Virus record (IMG/VR): IMGVR_UViG_2857089846_000001
Location: 60,154 to 124,153 of that record
Reading direction: 5' to 3' (one strand)
DNA length: 64,000 nt
Origin: a virus
Lineage: Duplodnaviria > Caudoviricetes
Shown here: in pieces, positions 44,956 to 54,925 of the stretch
Layout: each line of letters starts with the position of its first letter
Position numbering within the stretch: position 1 is the stretch's first letter
Notes under the pieces: generated by a model
The model's input: the letters and a program-made list of their open reading frames with translations, nothing else
Told to the model about the DNA's origin: nothing
Databases searched by the model: none
Translations under genes and position numbers: made by a program

Positions 44956-45912
44956 TCAGCGGCCCAGTGCCGCTTCCCGTGCGGCGCGCGACCAGATTGC
45001 TTGCTGCCGCGTGGTGAAGCCCATCCGGTTCCAGTGAAAGAGGATGTGCCGAGCCAGGATGCCGCGGAGGCCGAGCCCGAGGCGGCCCTCTCGCGCGGCG
45101 GCGGCGAGGGCGCGGCCGCCGTCTTCCATTCCCGTCGCCCAGCTCCTCAGCGGCGCGAGCGGGCCGGCGGCGAGGACGGGGCCGGCATCGAGCAGGAGCA
45201 ACCGCTGAAGCTGCTCCGCCATAGCGCTGACCCTGTCGGTGGGCACGTCATCCGGCAGTGGCCGGCGAGCTTCCACCTGTCCCCAGACATCTCCCTGCTC
45301 GCCCCATTCCAGCCCGGCGGCGCGCAGGAACAGGGCAGCGAGAAGAAGCGACGTTGCCTTGCCGTCGAGAAGGCCCTCGGTCCTGTCTGCGGCTTGGCGG
45401 AGATAGTCGAGGACCCCCACGCTGTCGGTGTGGAAGAGAGCGTGGGAGATGGCCATGCCGTCTGGTCCACCGAACGCCACGATCTCCGGCTCGTACAGCG
45501 ACGGCGTCCACTCCTTCACGCCCCCTCGGGAGACAGCGCTGTCGAGCGCTTCCGCGACATGGGTGACTGCTCTCTTTTCCGGGACGTCCGGCCGGTGATG
45601 GATACGCAGGCGCCAGCAGGGGTGCTTGCGCAGGAACCACCACCGCTCGACAGACGCGTCGCGCAGGACCGGCAGGAGGTAGGCCTGTAAGACGCTGGCG
45701 GCAGGCGGGTAGTCAGCGAACTGGATGTACACCTGGTGCCAGCCGCCGGGCCGTGCTTCGAGGGCGGCCCGGCCTGCGGCGCGGTAGAGCTCGACAGCGG
45801 CCGCCAGCCGGCCGGGGGAGGTGCCCGCCCGCTTGGCGGCCTCCGCAATCGGAACCCCGCCGAGGACAGAGAGGACGGCGTCCTCGGCGGGGGTGGTGTT
45901 GTACGGCTGCAC
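44956..45912 (-). CDS. Thiopeptide-type bacteriocin biosynthesis protein (standalone elimination-like domain) with N-terminal HTH
   Basis: WWFLRKHPCWRLR, YEPEIVAFGG, LFHTDS, HILFHWNRMG. Confidence 0.85.
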   Translation of the reverse strand: MQPYNTTPAEDAVLSVLGGVPIAEAAKRAGTSPGRLAAAVELYRAAGRAALEARPGGWHQVYIQFADYPPAASVLQAYLLPVLRDASVERWWFLRKHPCWRLRIHHRPDVPEKRAVTHVAEALDSAVSRGGVKEWTPSLYEPEIVAFGGPDGMAISHALFHTDSVGVLDYLRQAADRTEGLLDGKATSLLLAALFLRAAGLEWGEQGDVWGQVEARRPLPDDVPTDRVSAMAEQLQRLLLLDAGPVLAAGPLAPLRSWATGMEDGGRALAAAAREGRLGLGLRGILARHILFHWNRMGFTTRQQAIWSRAAREAALGR

Positions 45913-45925
45913 CTGGTCCGTCCCC

Positions 45926-47074
45926 TCAGATCAGCAGAAGGCAGGCGTCCCAGTCGGTGACGGACTCCGCGTCCGGTTCGACGCCCTGGAAGGCGAGAGC
46001 GGCACCGGCCGCGCCCTCGATGAAGCCGGGGTCCTGCGGGGCCTCGGCCAGGAGGAAGCGCTGAGGCGCGTGGAGCAGCCAGCTCGTGAGCCTGTTGGAG
46101 TTCTCGGCGTCCTCGGCGACGCGCTGCACGGTGCGCAGCAGTCCGCCGACGCCGTGGCAAAGGCCGCGGTTGGCGAGCAGATCGAGCTGCTGCTCGTTGG
46201 CCAGGCAGTGGAGTAGTGCGCGTTCGGCCATCCGCTTGCGATCCTCGTCGCCGAGGGCGATGCCGGCCAGTTGTTGGGCGCGGGCCAGCCCGGGAGTGCC
46301 GTAGCACCAGGACGGCGTGTCCGGCACCGCGGGTGCCGGGCCCGCCTCGCTGATCCAGCGGGACCAGCGCGTGCCGTGGTGGTCGCTCTGTCGTAGGCCG
46401 TCGAGCCAGCGGCAGATCCGCACCATGGCAGCGTCGTGGCCGTTCACGGTGACGCCGCGCCGCTTGGCCAGGGCGAGCAGGGCGAGTGGGCCGGTGATGC
46501 CGTGCGCTATGCCGGCGTTGGCGTGACCGCCCGGGGTGGCGGCCGGGTTGGAAACGGGAGAGTGGCTGACCCACCAGCCGGGCCGCTGCTCACCGGTGGG
46601 GCCGGTGACTGGTTCGGTGAGCCGGACCAGGTACTCCAGCACCAGCCGAGTCTCGTCACTCTCGGGCTGTCGGCGTAGGAGGAGGGCGCCGAGGCCGGTG
46701 AGTCCCCGGAACAGGTCGTACTCGGAGAAGGCGGCATAGCGGCCCTGATCGATGCGGGCGTGGGCGGCGGCCAGGCGCCGGCGGGTGTGTGCGGCCATGA
46801 GGCCGTCCAGAGTGTGCAGGGCTCCTGCGTACCGACCGCTGTCGCCTGCGGCTAGGTGCAGGACGTACGTCATCGCGGGGGCGCCCAGGAAGAGGCTGGC
46901 CTCATCGCCGTCGATCAGTGGGTGGACTTTGGCGAGTTGCCGGTGCACGTCCTGCCAGGAGGCGAGACCGCGGTGAGCGCGTTCGATGTCGAGGAGGGCG
47001 GTACCGAGGGGGCCGCGGGCGAGAGACTGCCGGAGGGCGACGGTGGTGTCGGTGATGGGCGGGGCGGTGGTCAC
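45926..47074 (-). CDS. lanC: Lanthionine synthetase LanC
   Basis: YDLFRGLTG, GIAHGITG, WCYG, GLCHG; GTGA overlap with lanB. Confidence 0.92.
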   Translation of the reverse strand: MTTAPPITDTTVALRQSLARGPLGTALLDIERAHRGLASWQDVHRQLAKVHPLIDGDEASLFLGAPAMTYVLHLAAGDSGRYAGALHTLDGLMAAHTRRRLAAAHARIDQGRYAAFSEYDLFRGLTGLGALLLRRQPESDETRLVLEYLVRLTEPVTGPTGEQRPGWWVSHSPVSNPAATPGGHANAGIAHGITGPLALLALAKRRGVTVNGHDAAMVRICRWLDGLRQSDHHGTRWSRWISEAGPAPAVPDTPSWCYGTPGLARAQQLAGIALGDEDRKRMAERALLHCLANEQQLDLLANRGLCHGVGGLLRTVQRVAEDAENSNRLTSWLLHAPQRFLLAEAPQDPGFIEGAAGAALAFQGVEPDAESVTDWDACLLLI

Positions 47075-50000
47075 CGCTTGGCTCCTTCGGTGCGGACGGT
47101 CCAGGACAGGGCGGCGGTGCGGGCGAGGCGGAGGCAGGTGGCTTCGGCGTCGGCATCGACGCCGGCTACGCGGTTGTGGTGCATGTGCAGCAGGGACGGG
47201 AGCACGATGGCCGGATCGGTGCCGGACGCTTCCAGTGCCTGGCGGTACTCGGTGAGGGCTGCTCGCCGCAGGCTCCACACTGTGGCGACATCTCGTCCCC
47301 GGGGGAGTTCCCGGAGAGCTGTCCGGGCGGGGTCTGGATCGGTGAGGCTTACGGCCAGGGCCCGTACGTCGCGCGGTGCAGCGGCGCCCGTGTTCCTTTG
47401 AAGGTTCTCCGTCAGCCATGCCCAGCCTGCCGCCGGGGAGGCGAGGAGGATAGTGGCTATGTCCACGATGCTGGCCGCGGTGACGGCGGGGCGGTCGCTG
47501 TCGCGGAGCGGCAGGACCAGCTGGGCGAGGGCGGCAGCGGAGTCGGCTGCGAAGAACCGCTCCGCGGCCTCCAGGGCTTGGCCGGTGCCGTAGCGTCCGA
47601 TCTCCGGGGTGTCGGTGTCCCACTGCACCCGTTGGATCAGGCCCTCGCCGCGCAGCTCGTCTGCCCATGCGGCAACGCGCTGGGCAGCGTCCCCGAAAGT
47701 GCCCGGGGCGGGAAGGCGAAGGCGCAGCCGTACGTGGCTGTCGGGGTCGGCGTAGCGGACGAACCAGGAGTCGGGCCCTTGGGTTCCCCAGTCGATCAGC
47801 AAGCGGGGCAGGTGGATGGTCAGCACTTCGGGGATGCGGTTGGCGTGTGCGTACAGCTTCACGTACGCCCAGGGGGATGCGCCCGGCAGTCGGCCGATCG
47901 CCCGGTCCACCGTCGCCACCAGGTTGCGGGCGGGCGCTGGGGCAGGTGGCTGATCGGAGGCAAAGGGGACCGTGAGTTCGTGGGCGCGGCCCAGCCAGCC
48001 GAACGCGGTCTCCTCGGGCGCTTCGTGCAGGACCGCGGTTCCGGTGCGGTTCAGTTCGGCGCGAAGGAGCTGCTGATGCGCCGGGATGTCGAGGTCCAGG
48101 CGCAAGCGCTGGTCGTCGCTGCCCACGTAGACGGTGCGCGGCACGCCGTATCGGGCGCGCCAGTCGGTGAAGCGAAAGACCCAGTCGCCGTGGCTCAGGT
48201 CGCGCGCCCGGAGCCGCCAGCAGGCCGCGGACAGGATGGTACGGCCGAAGCGGACTTCAGGGAGGAACGGAAGCCGTTCTGCTGCTCCCCAGGCGAAGGG
48301 GAGCAGGACGGCGGTGTGTGCGCGGTGCAGCTCGCAGACGAAGCGGACCAGGGGGTGGGTGGCGCTGCTCAGCTCCACCGCGTTCATGACCGACGGCTCG
48401 ATGAGCTGACTGGTGGTCAGCGACGCTAAGTACAGCCGTTGGTGGTCGGCGATGACCCCGAGGTAGTCCAGGTCGAGTGTGGCATCGGGGTAGTGCTCGG
48501 CCACGGACAGCACGGTCGGGACGACGGCCGGCGCCCGGCCGACGTTGCGCGTCCGAAGACGTAGCGGTGGGCTGGAGACCTGGGCGCGGGCGGCGCCGGC
48601 GGTGAGTGTCGGCAGGTCGGCGTACGCGGTGACCATGCGGTCCCGGTCGGGTCGCTCCAGCATGGTCAGGAAGCGGCCGGCCGTTGTGCCAGCGGCCTGG
48701 GAGAGAGCTGTGGCACTGAGCGAGAAGCGTCCACTCTCCAGGTCCCGCTCCGAGTGGGCGAGCACGCTGAAGCACAGCTCGACGTGGGCGGGGACCTGAA
48801 TGGCCGCGCCGACGGACAGGGCCTCGATGTCCTCTTCGGTGAGGATGACGCTGTGCTGGTGGTTCATGGCGGCGCTCTGGGCGATGGCGAGCAGGTGCTC
48901 GTCTCGCTGGGTCGTGGCCAGCACCGGCCGCTTGAGGACGGTGCCGCGGTAGCTGACGGGGAAGCCGAGGCCCGTCTCCGGGTCGGTGAGCTCACGCAGA
49001 GGGACGACGGCGCCCATGCTGTAGCGCTCCAAGAAGCGCGCCCGGTAGTCCTGCCAGGCCGGGGTGCCGTTCGGGAACGGCGTGATGCGGGCCATCGCTT
49101 CCAGGGCGTGCGTAGCCTCGCGGACGACGGCCTCCGGCAGCACGATGTCGCAGTCCGGTCGGACGTTGACCATCAGGCTGCGGTCCGTGACGCCGGTGAC
49201 GGTGTTCATCCTCGCGGTGGCCTTCGCGCGCAGTGGCCGTTGGTCGCTAACGGGGGCGGAGTCGTGGGAGGCGAGGAGCGTGCGGATCTGCCTCAGCTTC
49301 GAGGTGATATCGGCGGCGGCTTCGACCATCTCGAGCTGGTCGATCAGGTGCCTGAGCGGGTCGTCGCACGTCATGGGCGCGTGGAGGCTGCTCAGGAGGA
49401 CCCGATGGCTGACTAGGTCGCGCAGCATCGCCTCGATCACGGCGGGCGGGGTGTCGGCGTAGTCGCTGGACAGCTTGGCCGCGAGGTCCCCGACGGTGAT
49501 GGGGGTGCGGGCCAGGCTCAGCACGGCTTCGACCGCCGGCGTACGGCGCAGCGTCGTGTCAGTGGGGCCGTCGGCGCCCGGCTGGTGCTGAACGGTCACC
49601 CGGCTGCCTCGCACGGTGCAGGTGGCGTCGGCTACGACGGGAAGGTCTCGAAGTACGTTCAGGTCGCGTTCGAGGATCGCGACGACATCGTTCAGCCACA
49701 CGGCGTCGGCTCGGGCGAAGGCGCGATGCGTGGAGCCCCACTGGACTCTCGGGGTGGGACCGAAGCGCACGGGGGCGGGTCCGGCGAACAGTCCGAACGG
49801 GGTGGCGCGGTACTGCATCCTGAGCAGGTAGCGGGCCAGGGATGCGGCCGTGCGTCTGATGGCGCGGGGGCTACGGCGGCTGGTATCTGCATGGCGGACG
49901 GAGTCAGCGAGGGCGGGGGCGGCGAACTCGATCGCGGCGGCCCTGTTGCCGTCGGTCCAGACCTGGGTGATCCATTCCCGCAGGCGGTCAGTGTCGGCGT

Positions 50001-50091
50001 CGTCGCCGAGCAGGGTGGGCCAGGGAGGCAGCGGTGCCGCCAGCGGGAACACAGACGCCCTGATCATGCCCGCGTCAACTGCTTGGTACAT
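47071..50091 (-). CDS. lanB: Lantibiotic dehydratase LanB
   Basis: YLLRMQYRATPFGLFAG, FLPEVRFGRTILS, WFVRYADP..HVRLR, LLHMHHNR; ~1006 aa; RBS GAAGGAGG. Confidence 0.93.
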   Translation of the reverse strand: MYQAVDAGMIRASVFPLAAPLPPWPTLLGDDADTDRLREWITQVWTDGNRAAAIEFAAPALADSVRHADTSRRSPRAIRRTAASLARYLLRMQYRATPFGLFAGPAPVRFGPTPRVQWGSTHRAFARADAVWLNDVVAILERDLNVLRDLPVVADATCTVRGSRVTVQHQPGADGPTDTTLRRTPAVEAVLSLARTPITVGDLAAKLSSDYADTPPAVIEAMLRDLVSHRVLLSSLHAPMTCDDPLRHLIDQLEMVEAAADITSKLRQIRTLLASHDSAPVSDQRPLRAKATARMNTVTGVTDRSLMVNVRPDCDIVLPEAVVREATHALEAMARITPFPNGTPAWQDYRARFLERYSMGAVVPLRELTDPETGLGFPVSYRGTVLKRPVLATTQRDEHLLAIAQSAAMNHQHSVILTEEDIEALSVGAAIQVPAHVELCFSVLAHSERDLESGRFSLSATALSQAAGTTAGRFLTMLERPDRDRMVTAYADLPTLTAGAARAQVSSPPLRLRTRNVGRAPAVVPTVLSVAEHYPDATLDLDYLGVIADHQRLYLASLTTSQLIEPSVMNAVELSSATHPLVRFVCELHRAHTAVLLPFAWGAAERLPFLPEVRFGRTILSAACWRLRARDLSHGDWVFRFTDWRARYGVPRTVYVGSDDQRLRLDLDIPAHQQLLRAELNRTGTAVLHEAPEETAFGWLGRAHELTVPFASDQPPAPAPARNLVATVDRAIGRLPGASPWAYVKLYAHANRIPEVLTIHLPRLLIDWGTQGPDSWFVRYADPDSHVRLRLRLPAPGTFGDAAQRVAAWADELRGEGLIQRVQWDTDTPEIGRYGTGQALEAAERFFAADSAAALAQLVLPLRDSDRPAVTAASIVDIATILLASPAAGWAWLTENLQRNTGAAAPRDVRALAVSLTDPDPARTALRELPRGRDVATVWSLRRAALTEYRQALEASGTDPAIVLPSLLHMHHNRVAGVDADAEATCLRLARTAALSWTVRTEGAKR

Positions 50092-50161
50092 GGCTGTGCC
50101 TCCTTCGTGGTCACGGTGGTGCGGGGCCGGGTCATCCGGGCCCGGCCCCGCACCTGTCACG

Positions 50162-50356
50162 TCAGCCGCCGATGCAGGTGCTGTTGGAGCAGGCGGACTG
50201 GCAGGTCGAGCCGCAGCCGTCGCCGGTGTCGTTCAGCAGCGCGCCGACGATCGGGGTGGACTGGACGGTCTCGATCGTGAGGTCGAAGTCCGATCCGCCG
50301 TCGACCGTGAAGTCCGTGGCGGCCTTGAGGGTGGTGCTTGCGTTCTGCGGTGCCAT
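50162..50356 (-). CDS. FxLD-family lanthipeptide precursor
   Basis: Leader with DFDLT; core TGDGCGSTCQSACSNSTCIGG; RBS AGGAGG. Confidence 0.92.
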   Translation of the reverse strand: MAPQNASTTLKAATDFTVDGGSDFDLTIETVQSTPIVGALLNDTGDGCGSTCQSACSNSTCIGG

Positions 50357-50421
50357 CTCGTACGCCTCCTACAGGGGAGAGTTGTGTGTGCTCTGCCGAC
50401 CTGGTCGCGACGCTGGCGGCG

Positions 50422-51669
50422 TCATGGCCAGGAGATCGTGACCCGCGAGTGGGGCCGGTCGATGATCCGGCCCGCGGGAAGCAGGTCGTCCGGCGTGCCG
50501 GCCGGGTAGACCGCGATGTGCGCGCGGTCGCCGCGGTGCTTGCTGTCCCATGTCTGCATCTCTGCGACCAGCTGCCCGGCGACGTCCAGGCCGCAGGGCC
50601 CGTGGCCGAGGGCCCCCAGCTCGAACCGGTCCGGGTCCTCGGTGCGCCGCACGGTGCGGTAGGCGAAGCTGTCTCCGTCCACCAGCGTGGGGATTCCGAG
50701 CGGGGAGGCGGAGGCGACCAGGCCACGCTGCCGGGCTGCGGGCTTGGCCGCCATGAGGGGCAGGTTGTCCAGCGCGGTCGTCAGCCACAGGTCCAGGTGC
50801 TCGTTGGACTCGTCACCGGCGAGCGTCACCCCGGACCACGCTTCCTGGCGGGGCATGGTCAGCGCCTCGGCGAGCGCCTTGGTGTCTGGCTCGGGGTGGC
50901 CGTCAAGGCGCAGGCCGATCTCCTCCCCCTCGGCGTCGTGGATGACGGCGACGTGCATGCGGTTCTCGCCCGAGCCCTGCATGGGGACGAAGCCGCACAG
51001 CTCGAAGCCATCGCTGATCAGCCGGTGGTCATCGCGGACGAAGGCGATGGTGCGGGTCATGCCGCGCATGCGCAGGGGGACGACGAGTCGACCTCCGGTG
51101 TTGAGCTGGTGCACCCAGGGCGACGGGATGTCGGCTGCCTGTACGGTGACGATGATGCGGTCGAAGGGCTGGAAGTCGACCGCTCCGCTGCCGCCGTCGG
51201 CGGTGAGTACGGTGACGTTCCGGTATCCGGTTGTCTTGAGGAAGTCCTTGGCACGCTGGGTGACGTCGTGGTCGATGTCCACCGTGACGACGCGACCGTG
51301 GTCACCGACCAGCTCGGCGAGGTAGGCGGCGTTCACTCCGCCGGAACCGATCTCCAGGACGTTCATCCCCGGCTGGATGTCGGCCTGCTCGATCTGCATG
51401 GCCTGGATGCGCGGGGCGGAGACCGAGCTGATGTCCACGCCGGTCTGGTCGGTCTTGGTGATCAGCGGAGCTTCGGCGTCGTAGCTCTTGGCCATCTCCA
51501 CACCCGGCGCGGCCAGGTGCCGGGGGACCTTGCGGAAGGCAGCCACGACGCGCGTGCTGCGGGCAGCTCCGGTCTCGATGAGCTGCCGGACCATCTCCTC
51601 GCGCAACTGCTGCTCGCTGGAAGGGGAGTTCTGAGTGCTGTCGGTCGTCATGTCGGGGACGTTATCCAC
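50422..51669 (-). CDS. fxlM: FxLD-system methyltransferase (PIMT-like)
   Basis: FRKVPRH, ISSVSAP, VLEIGSGG, PFDRIIVT, GGRLVVP; GTG after AAGGAG. Confidence 0.88.
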   Translation of the reverse strand: MDNVPDMTTDSTQNSPSSEQQLREEMVRQLIETGAARSTRVVAAFRKVPRHLAAPGVEMAKSYDAEAPLITKTDQTGVDISSVSAPRIQAMQIEQADIQPGMNVLEIGSGGVNAAYLAELVGDHGRVVTVDIDHDVTQRAKDFLKTTGYRNVTVLTADGGSGAVDFQPFDRIIVTVQAADIPSPWVHQLNTGGRLVVPLRMRGMTRTIAFVRDDHRLISDGFELCGFVPMQGSGENRMHVAVIHDAEGEEIGLRLDGHPEPDTKALAEALTMPRQEAWSGVTLAGDESNEHLDLWLTTALDNLPLMAAKPAARQRGLVASASPLGIPTLVDGDSFAYRTVRRTEDPDRFELGALGHGPCGLDVAGQLVAEMQTWDSKHRGDRAHIAVYPAGTPDDLLPAGRIIDRPHSRVTISWP

Positions 51670-52105
51670 GTGCTGTCTCCTTCTCGGCGCCCGCGCGCCG
51701 AGGGGTAGTGGGCTGGTTGTGCAGTGGCAGGCGCAGGGCTTCGAGGTGGTCGAGCAGCGCGTCGACCGACCGGGCAAGGCGCCGGACCTGAGCGACGGGG
51801 TCGGAGGAGATACCTCGCGGGCCGAGCCGCGACTGGGCCTCTCCGCAGCAGGCGAGGGCGCAGGCCCTGGGGATCGCCGCCGTGGGCAAGCGGCCCGCGG
51901 CCTTCTCCACCTCGGGTATCAGCAGCCGAATGTTCCCCTCGAACAGGCCGGTGAGCGTCTCCAAGCCCTCACCGGCGGGCGCCTCGGCGTCTGGGGCCAG
52001 CGCCTGGGCGGTGGCGTTGCGCATCTCCACCACGTCCACCGGCCACATCTCAGGGGTGGATGCCGCGAGCTCCGCGGAACCCCTCTCAGCGTCTGTGCCG
52101 GTCAT
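51662..52105 (-). CDS. Hypothetical protein (DUF6415-like, leads the lanthipeptide operon)
   Basis: PVDVVEMR..LLIPEVE..ALACCGEA..LARSVDALLDH; 147 aa. Confidence 0.65.
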   Translation of the reverse strand: MTGTDAERGSAELAASTPEMWPVDVVEMRNATAQALAPDAEAPAGEGLETLTGLFEGNIRLLIPEVEKAAGRLPTAAIPRACALACCGEAQSRLGPRGISSDPVAQVRRLARSVDALLDHLEALRLPLHNQPTTPRRAGAEKETARG

Positions 52106-52248
52106 GGTGGCCACCCTCTCCTCCAAGGCTGAGATCGTTCGTTGTCTCGCGAAGAGGTAACCGCTCAATCACTCTCCGCGGGTACCGTGGGAAGGAGGTG
52201 GAACCGTGAACACCGTGAACGCCATGGAAGCTGTCGGGAGTTGAGGTC

Positions 52249-53595
52249 ATGGCCACGAGGAAACGCACGCCCAATCCCGCCCTAGCAGGGCTGCTTGACC
52301 AGGCACGATGGACCCGCACACAGCTCGCTCAGCAAGTGAACCGGCTCGGACCGCAGGCCGGTTTGCACCTGACGTACGACCGCACGGCCGTAGCCCACTG
52401 GATTGCGGGAACACCGCCAAAGCCCGAGGTCAGACCGCTGATTGTCGAAGCGCTGTCAGCGCGCCTCGGTCGCCCGGTCACCCACGCCGAAGCCGGCTTA
52501 CAGCCCGCAGTGTCCGGGGACGGGTCTGCCCGGCCCGACACTGTCGAGGAGTTGATAGACCTCGGAAGGGCGGACATGGACCCATCTCGTCGCGGCCTGT
52601 TGGCCGCCACCCTGTTCTCGGCAGCGCTCAGCGTTCCCCTGTTCGAGGGGGTCGCCCGTGCGGACGAACCCGTCACACCGGGGAAGGCAACCACGCGGAT
52701 CGGCGCCTCCCAAGTCGCCTCGGTGCGCTCCATGACGGAGCGGATCGCGGACATCCTTGACGAGTTCGGCGCGGGCCACGCGCGCCCCATGGCTGCCGCG
52801 TTCCTCGTCAACACCGTCGGCCCGTGGCTGCGGGCCCAGGCCTCCGCGCAGGTGAAGCGCGACATGCTCGCCGCCGCGTCGGACCTCACGTACCTGACGG
52901 GCTGGATGGCCATGTACGAGAAGGCCCACGGCCTGGGGCAGACGTACTACGTCAAGGCCCTCAAGCTCGCCGACGAGGCGAGCGACCACGTCACGTACTG
53001 CCGCACGCTGCGCGGCATGTCGCTGCAGGCGTCGAACCTTGGGCACGGACGGATGTCGCTGGAGCTCGCCGACTCCGCGGCCGAAGCCGCACCGTCGGCC
53101 GGCCCACGGCTGGTGGCGTTCCTGCGCGGGCAGCAGGCTCACGCGGCCTCAATGGTCGGCGACCGCCAGCAGGCCCACGCGCGTCTGCGCGAGGCCGAGG
53201 AGGCTCTGTCGCGGGCCGACAACCGGCGCGACGCGATCGGCGGATACGACAGGACCGCCTACCTCTTCCACGTCAGCCACGTGCTCATGGAGGAGGGCGA
53301 CCTGCCCGGCAGCATCAAGGCCATGCAGCAGTCCATCCGGTTCCAGCCAGCTCAGGAGCGGCAGGGCCGGGTGCACGCGTACGCGGTGCTGGCCCAGCGG
53401 CAACTGCGGCACGGGCATCTCGATGCGTCGTGTGACTCGTGGAGCCGCTTCCTGGACGAGTACGAGCACGTGTCATCCGTGCGAGGGGACGGCCATTTCA
53501 CGACGATGCGCAAGGAACTGTCGCGGCACGCCAAGGCCCGACCGGTTCGCGAGCTGGCCGGCCGCGTGCGGGAAGTGGCGGCGCTGAAGGCGTGA
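52249..53595 (+). CDS. Streptomyces XRE-like/TPR transcriptional regulator, divergent from the lanthipeptide operon
   Basis: PNPALAGLL..YDRTAVAHW..P, SRRGLL, LTGWMAMY, helical repeats. Confidence 0.8.
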   Translation: MATRKRTPNPALAGLLDQARWTRTQLAQQVNRLGPQAGLHLTYDRTAVAHWIAGTPPKPEVRPLIVEALSARLGRPVTHAEAGLQPAVSGDGSARPDTVEELIDLGRADMDPSRRGLLAATLFSAALSVPLFEGVARADEPVTPGKATTRIGASQVASVRSMTERIADILDEFGAGHARPMAAAFLVNTVGPWLRAQASAQVKRDMLAAASDLTYLTGWMAMYEKAHGLGQTYYVKALKLADEASDHVTYCRTLRGMSLQASNLGHGRMSLELADSAAEAAPSAGPRLVAFLRGQQAHAASMVGDRQQAHARLREAEEALSRADNRRDAIGGYDRTAYLFHVSHVLMEEGDLPGSIKAMQQSIRFQPAQERQGRVHAYAVLAQRQLRHGHLDASCDSWSRFLDEYEHVSSVRGDGHFTTMRKELSRHAKARPVRELAGRVREVAALKA

Positions 53596-53602
53596 ACACA
53601 AG

Positions 53603-53642
53603 GGCGCCCCCGGGGAAGCTGTCGGCAGACCCCGGGGGCACC
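53603..53642. terminator. Stem-loop between convergent regulator and recombinase
   Basis: GCCCCCGGGG...CCCCGGGGGC arms. Confidence 0.55.
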
Positions 53643-53716
53643 TTCACGATACGGCCAGTGGCCCCTGAGCGGCGCCCGAACGGTGCGGAATTCACACCTT
53701 GGGTCCGTCCGGCGGC

Positions 53717-54925
53717 CTACTCCGCTGCCGTGCCCTCGCTTCGGGGGAAGCCCCCCAGGGGCACTTGGTTGAGCGGGTCCTCCTGGCCCTCGGTCTCCGG
53801 CCTGTCGTACACAGTGTCCGCGGTGTGCGACTCCGCCGACCAGCGGCCTCGGCGGTTGCGTTCCCGCAGCGGTACGCCCGCCGCGACCATGTCGGTATTG
53901 GCGCCGGCTCGCAGGGAGTGCGCGGTGACCTTCTTGTTGGCGATGTAGGGGATGCCCGCGAGGTCCGCGAGGTGCTGGATGCGCTCGTTGAGTGCCCCGC
54001 CCTTCATGCGGTCGCCGCGCTTGGTCGCGAGGGTTCGGTTGGCCAGGTTGCCCTTGACGGTGAGGGCTCGGAAGAGGGGCTGGGTGGGGCCGTCGGCCCC
54101 GAGCTCTCTCAGCACCGAGAGCCAGGCCCGGGCGCGGGAGACCAGCCGGAGGTCTTCCCGGTCCTGGATGAACTCCGTGGCGCCCTTGGACTGCTTGTCC
54201 GTCTTGGAGGTGGCGGTGGTGACGATGAGCCCGCTTGCTGTGATCCTCACGTTCTGCACCAGCAGATCGGCCAGCTCGATGCGGCGGTGGAGGTTGCCGT
54301 ACGCCAGGGCCAGCATGAAGGCGTCACGGATGCCGATGCTCGTGGTCTCGTCGCACTGCTGAAGGCAGCGCATCAGGTAGGGGATGGTCAGCGCGGCAGA
54401 GCGCTGAACCTCCCCGCCGGCGGCCTTCCAGTCCTTGCGCCACAATCGCAGCTTCCCGCGCACTCGGGAGGGGTCGGGCCGCCAATCCTCGGGCTGCCAG
54501 TTCCAGATCCGGCTCATGTACTGGCCGACGGTGTCGGGCACGAACTCGCCGGACTTGCCCCGCCGGATCAGGTGCAGGCCGTAGGAGGTGTACGTCGCCG
54601 TGGTGCACGGCCATGCCAGTCGCGGCGGTTTCTGCTCGGCGCACCACTCCTCGAAGGCCCGAACGGTCGAGTCCCGGTTGATGATGGTGTTCTCGGCCAG
54701 GTCCGGCTCGTCCAACTCGGCCTTGTCCTCGGCGGAGATCCGGAAGTCGTCATCGGTCCAGGCCGGCCGGGCGTCGGCGCGCGGCGGCATCTCCCCGGGC
54801 CCCAGCATGGTGTGTTGGTTGACCAGGTAGCGCACAGGCTCGACTGCCGGGCCGGCGCCGTCGTCCACCACCTCGGCTTCGTACACTTCCAGATCGGCCG
54901 CTACGCGAGCCCCGTCCGCCGTCAT
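53717..54925 (-). CDS. Cre-like tyrosine recombinase
   Basis: RDAFMLAL..RRIEL, SKTD, HSLRAG, GRW, catalytic Y in TVYDR; N-terminal NT..FEEWC core-binding domain. Confidence 0.9.
   Translation of the reverse strand: MTADGARVAADLEVYEAEVVDDGAGPAVEPVRYLVNQHTMLGPGEMPPRADARPAWTDDDFRISAEDKAELDEPDLAENTIINRDSTVRAFEEWCAEQKPPRLAWPCTTATYTSYGLHLIRRGKSGEFVPDTVGQYMSRIWNWQPEDWRPDPSRVRGKLRLWRKDWKAAGGEVQRSAALTIPYLMRCLQQCDETTSIGIRDAFMLALAYGNLHRRIELADLLVQNVRITASGLIVTTATSKTDKQSKGATEFIQDREDLRLVSRARAWLSVLRELGADGPTQPLFRALTVKGNLANRTLATKRGDRMKGGALNERIQHLADLAGIPYIANKKVTAHSLRAGANTDMVAAGVPLRERNRRGRWSAESHTADTVYDRPETEGQEDPLNQVPLGGFPRSEGTAAE

Noticed and set aside
53717-54925. Prophage integrase marking an att boundary
   Set aside because: Cre-like features, no adjacent tRNA or host genes, and mobile-type genes continue on both sides.
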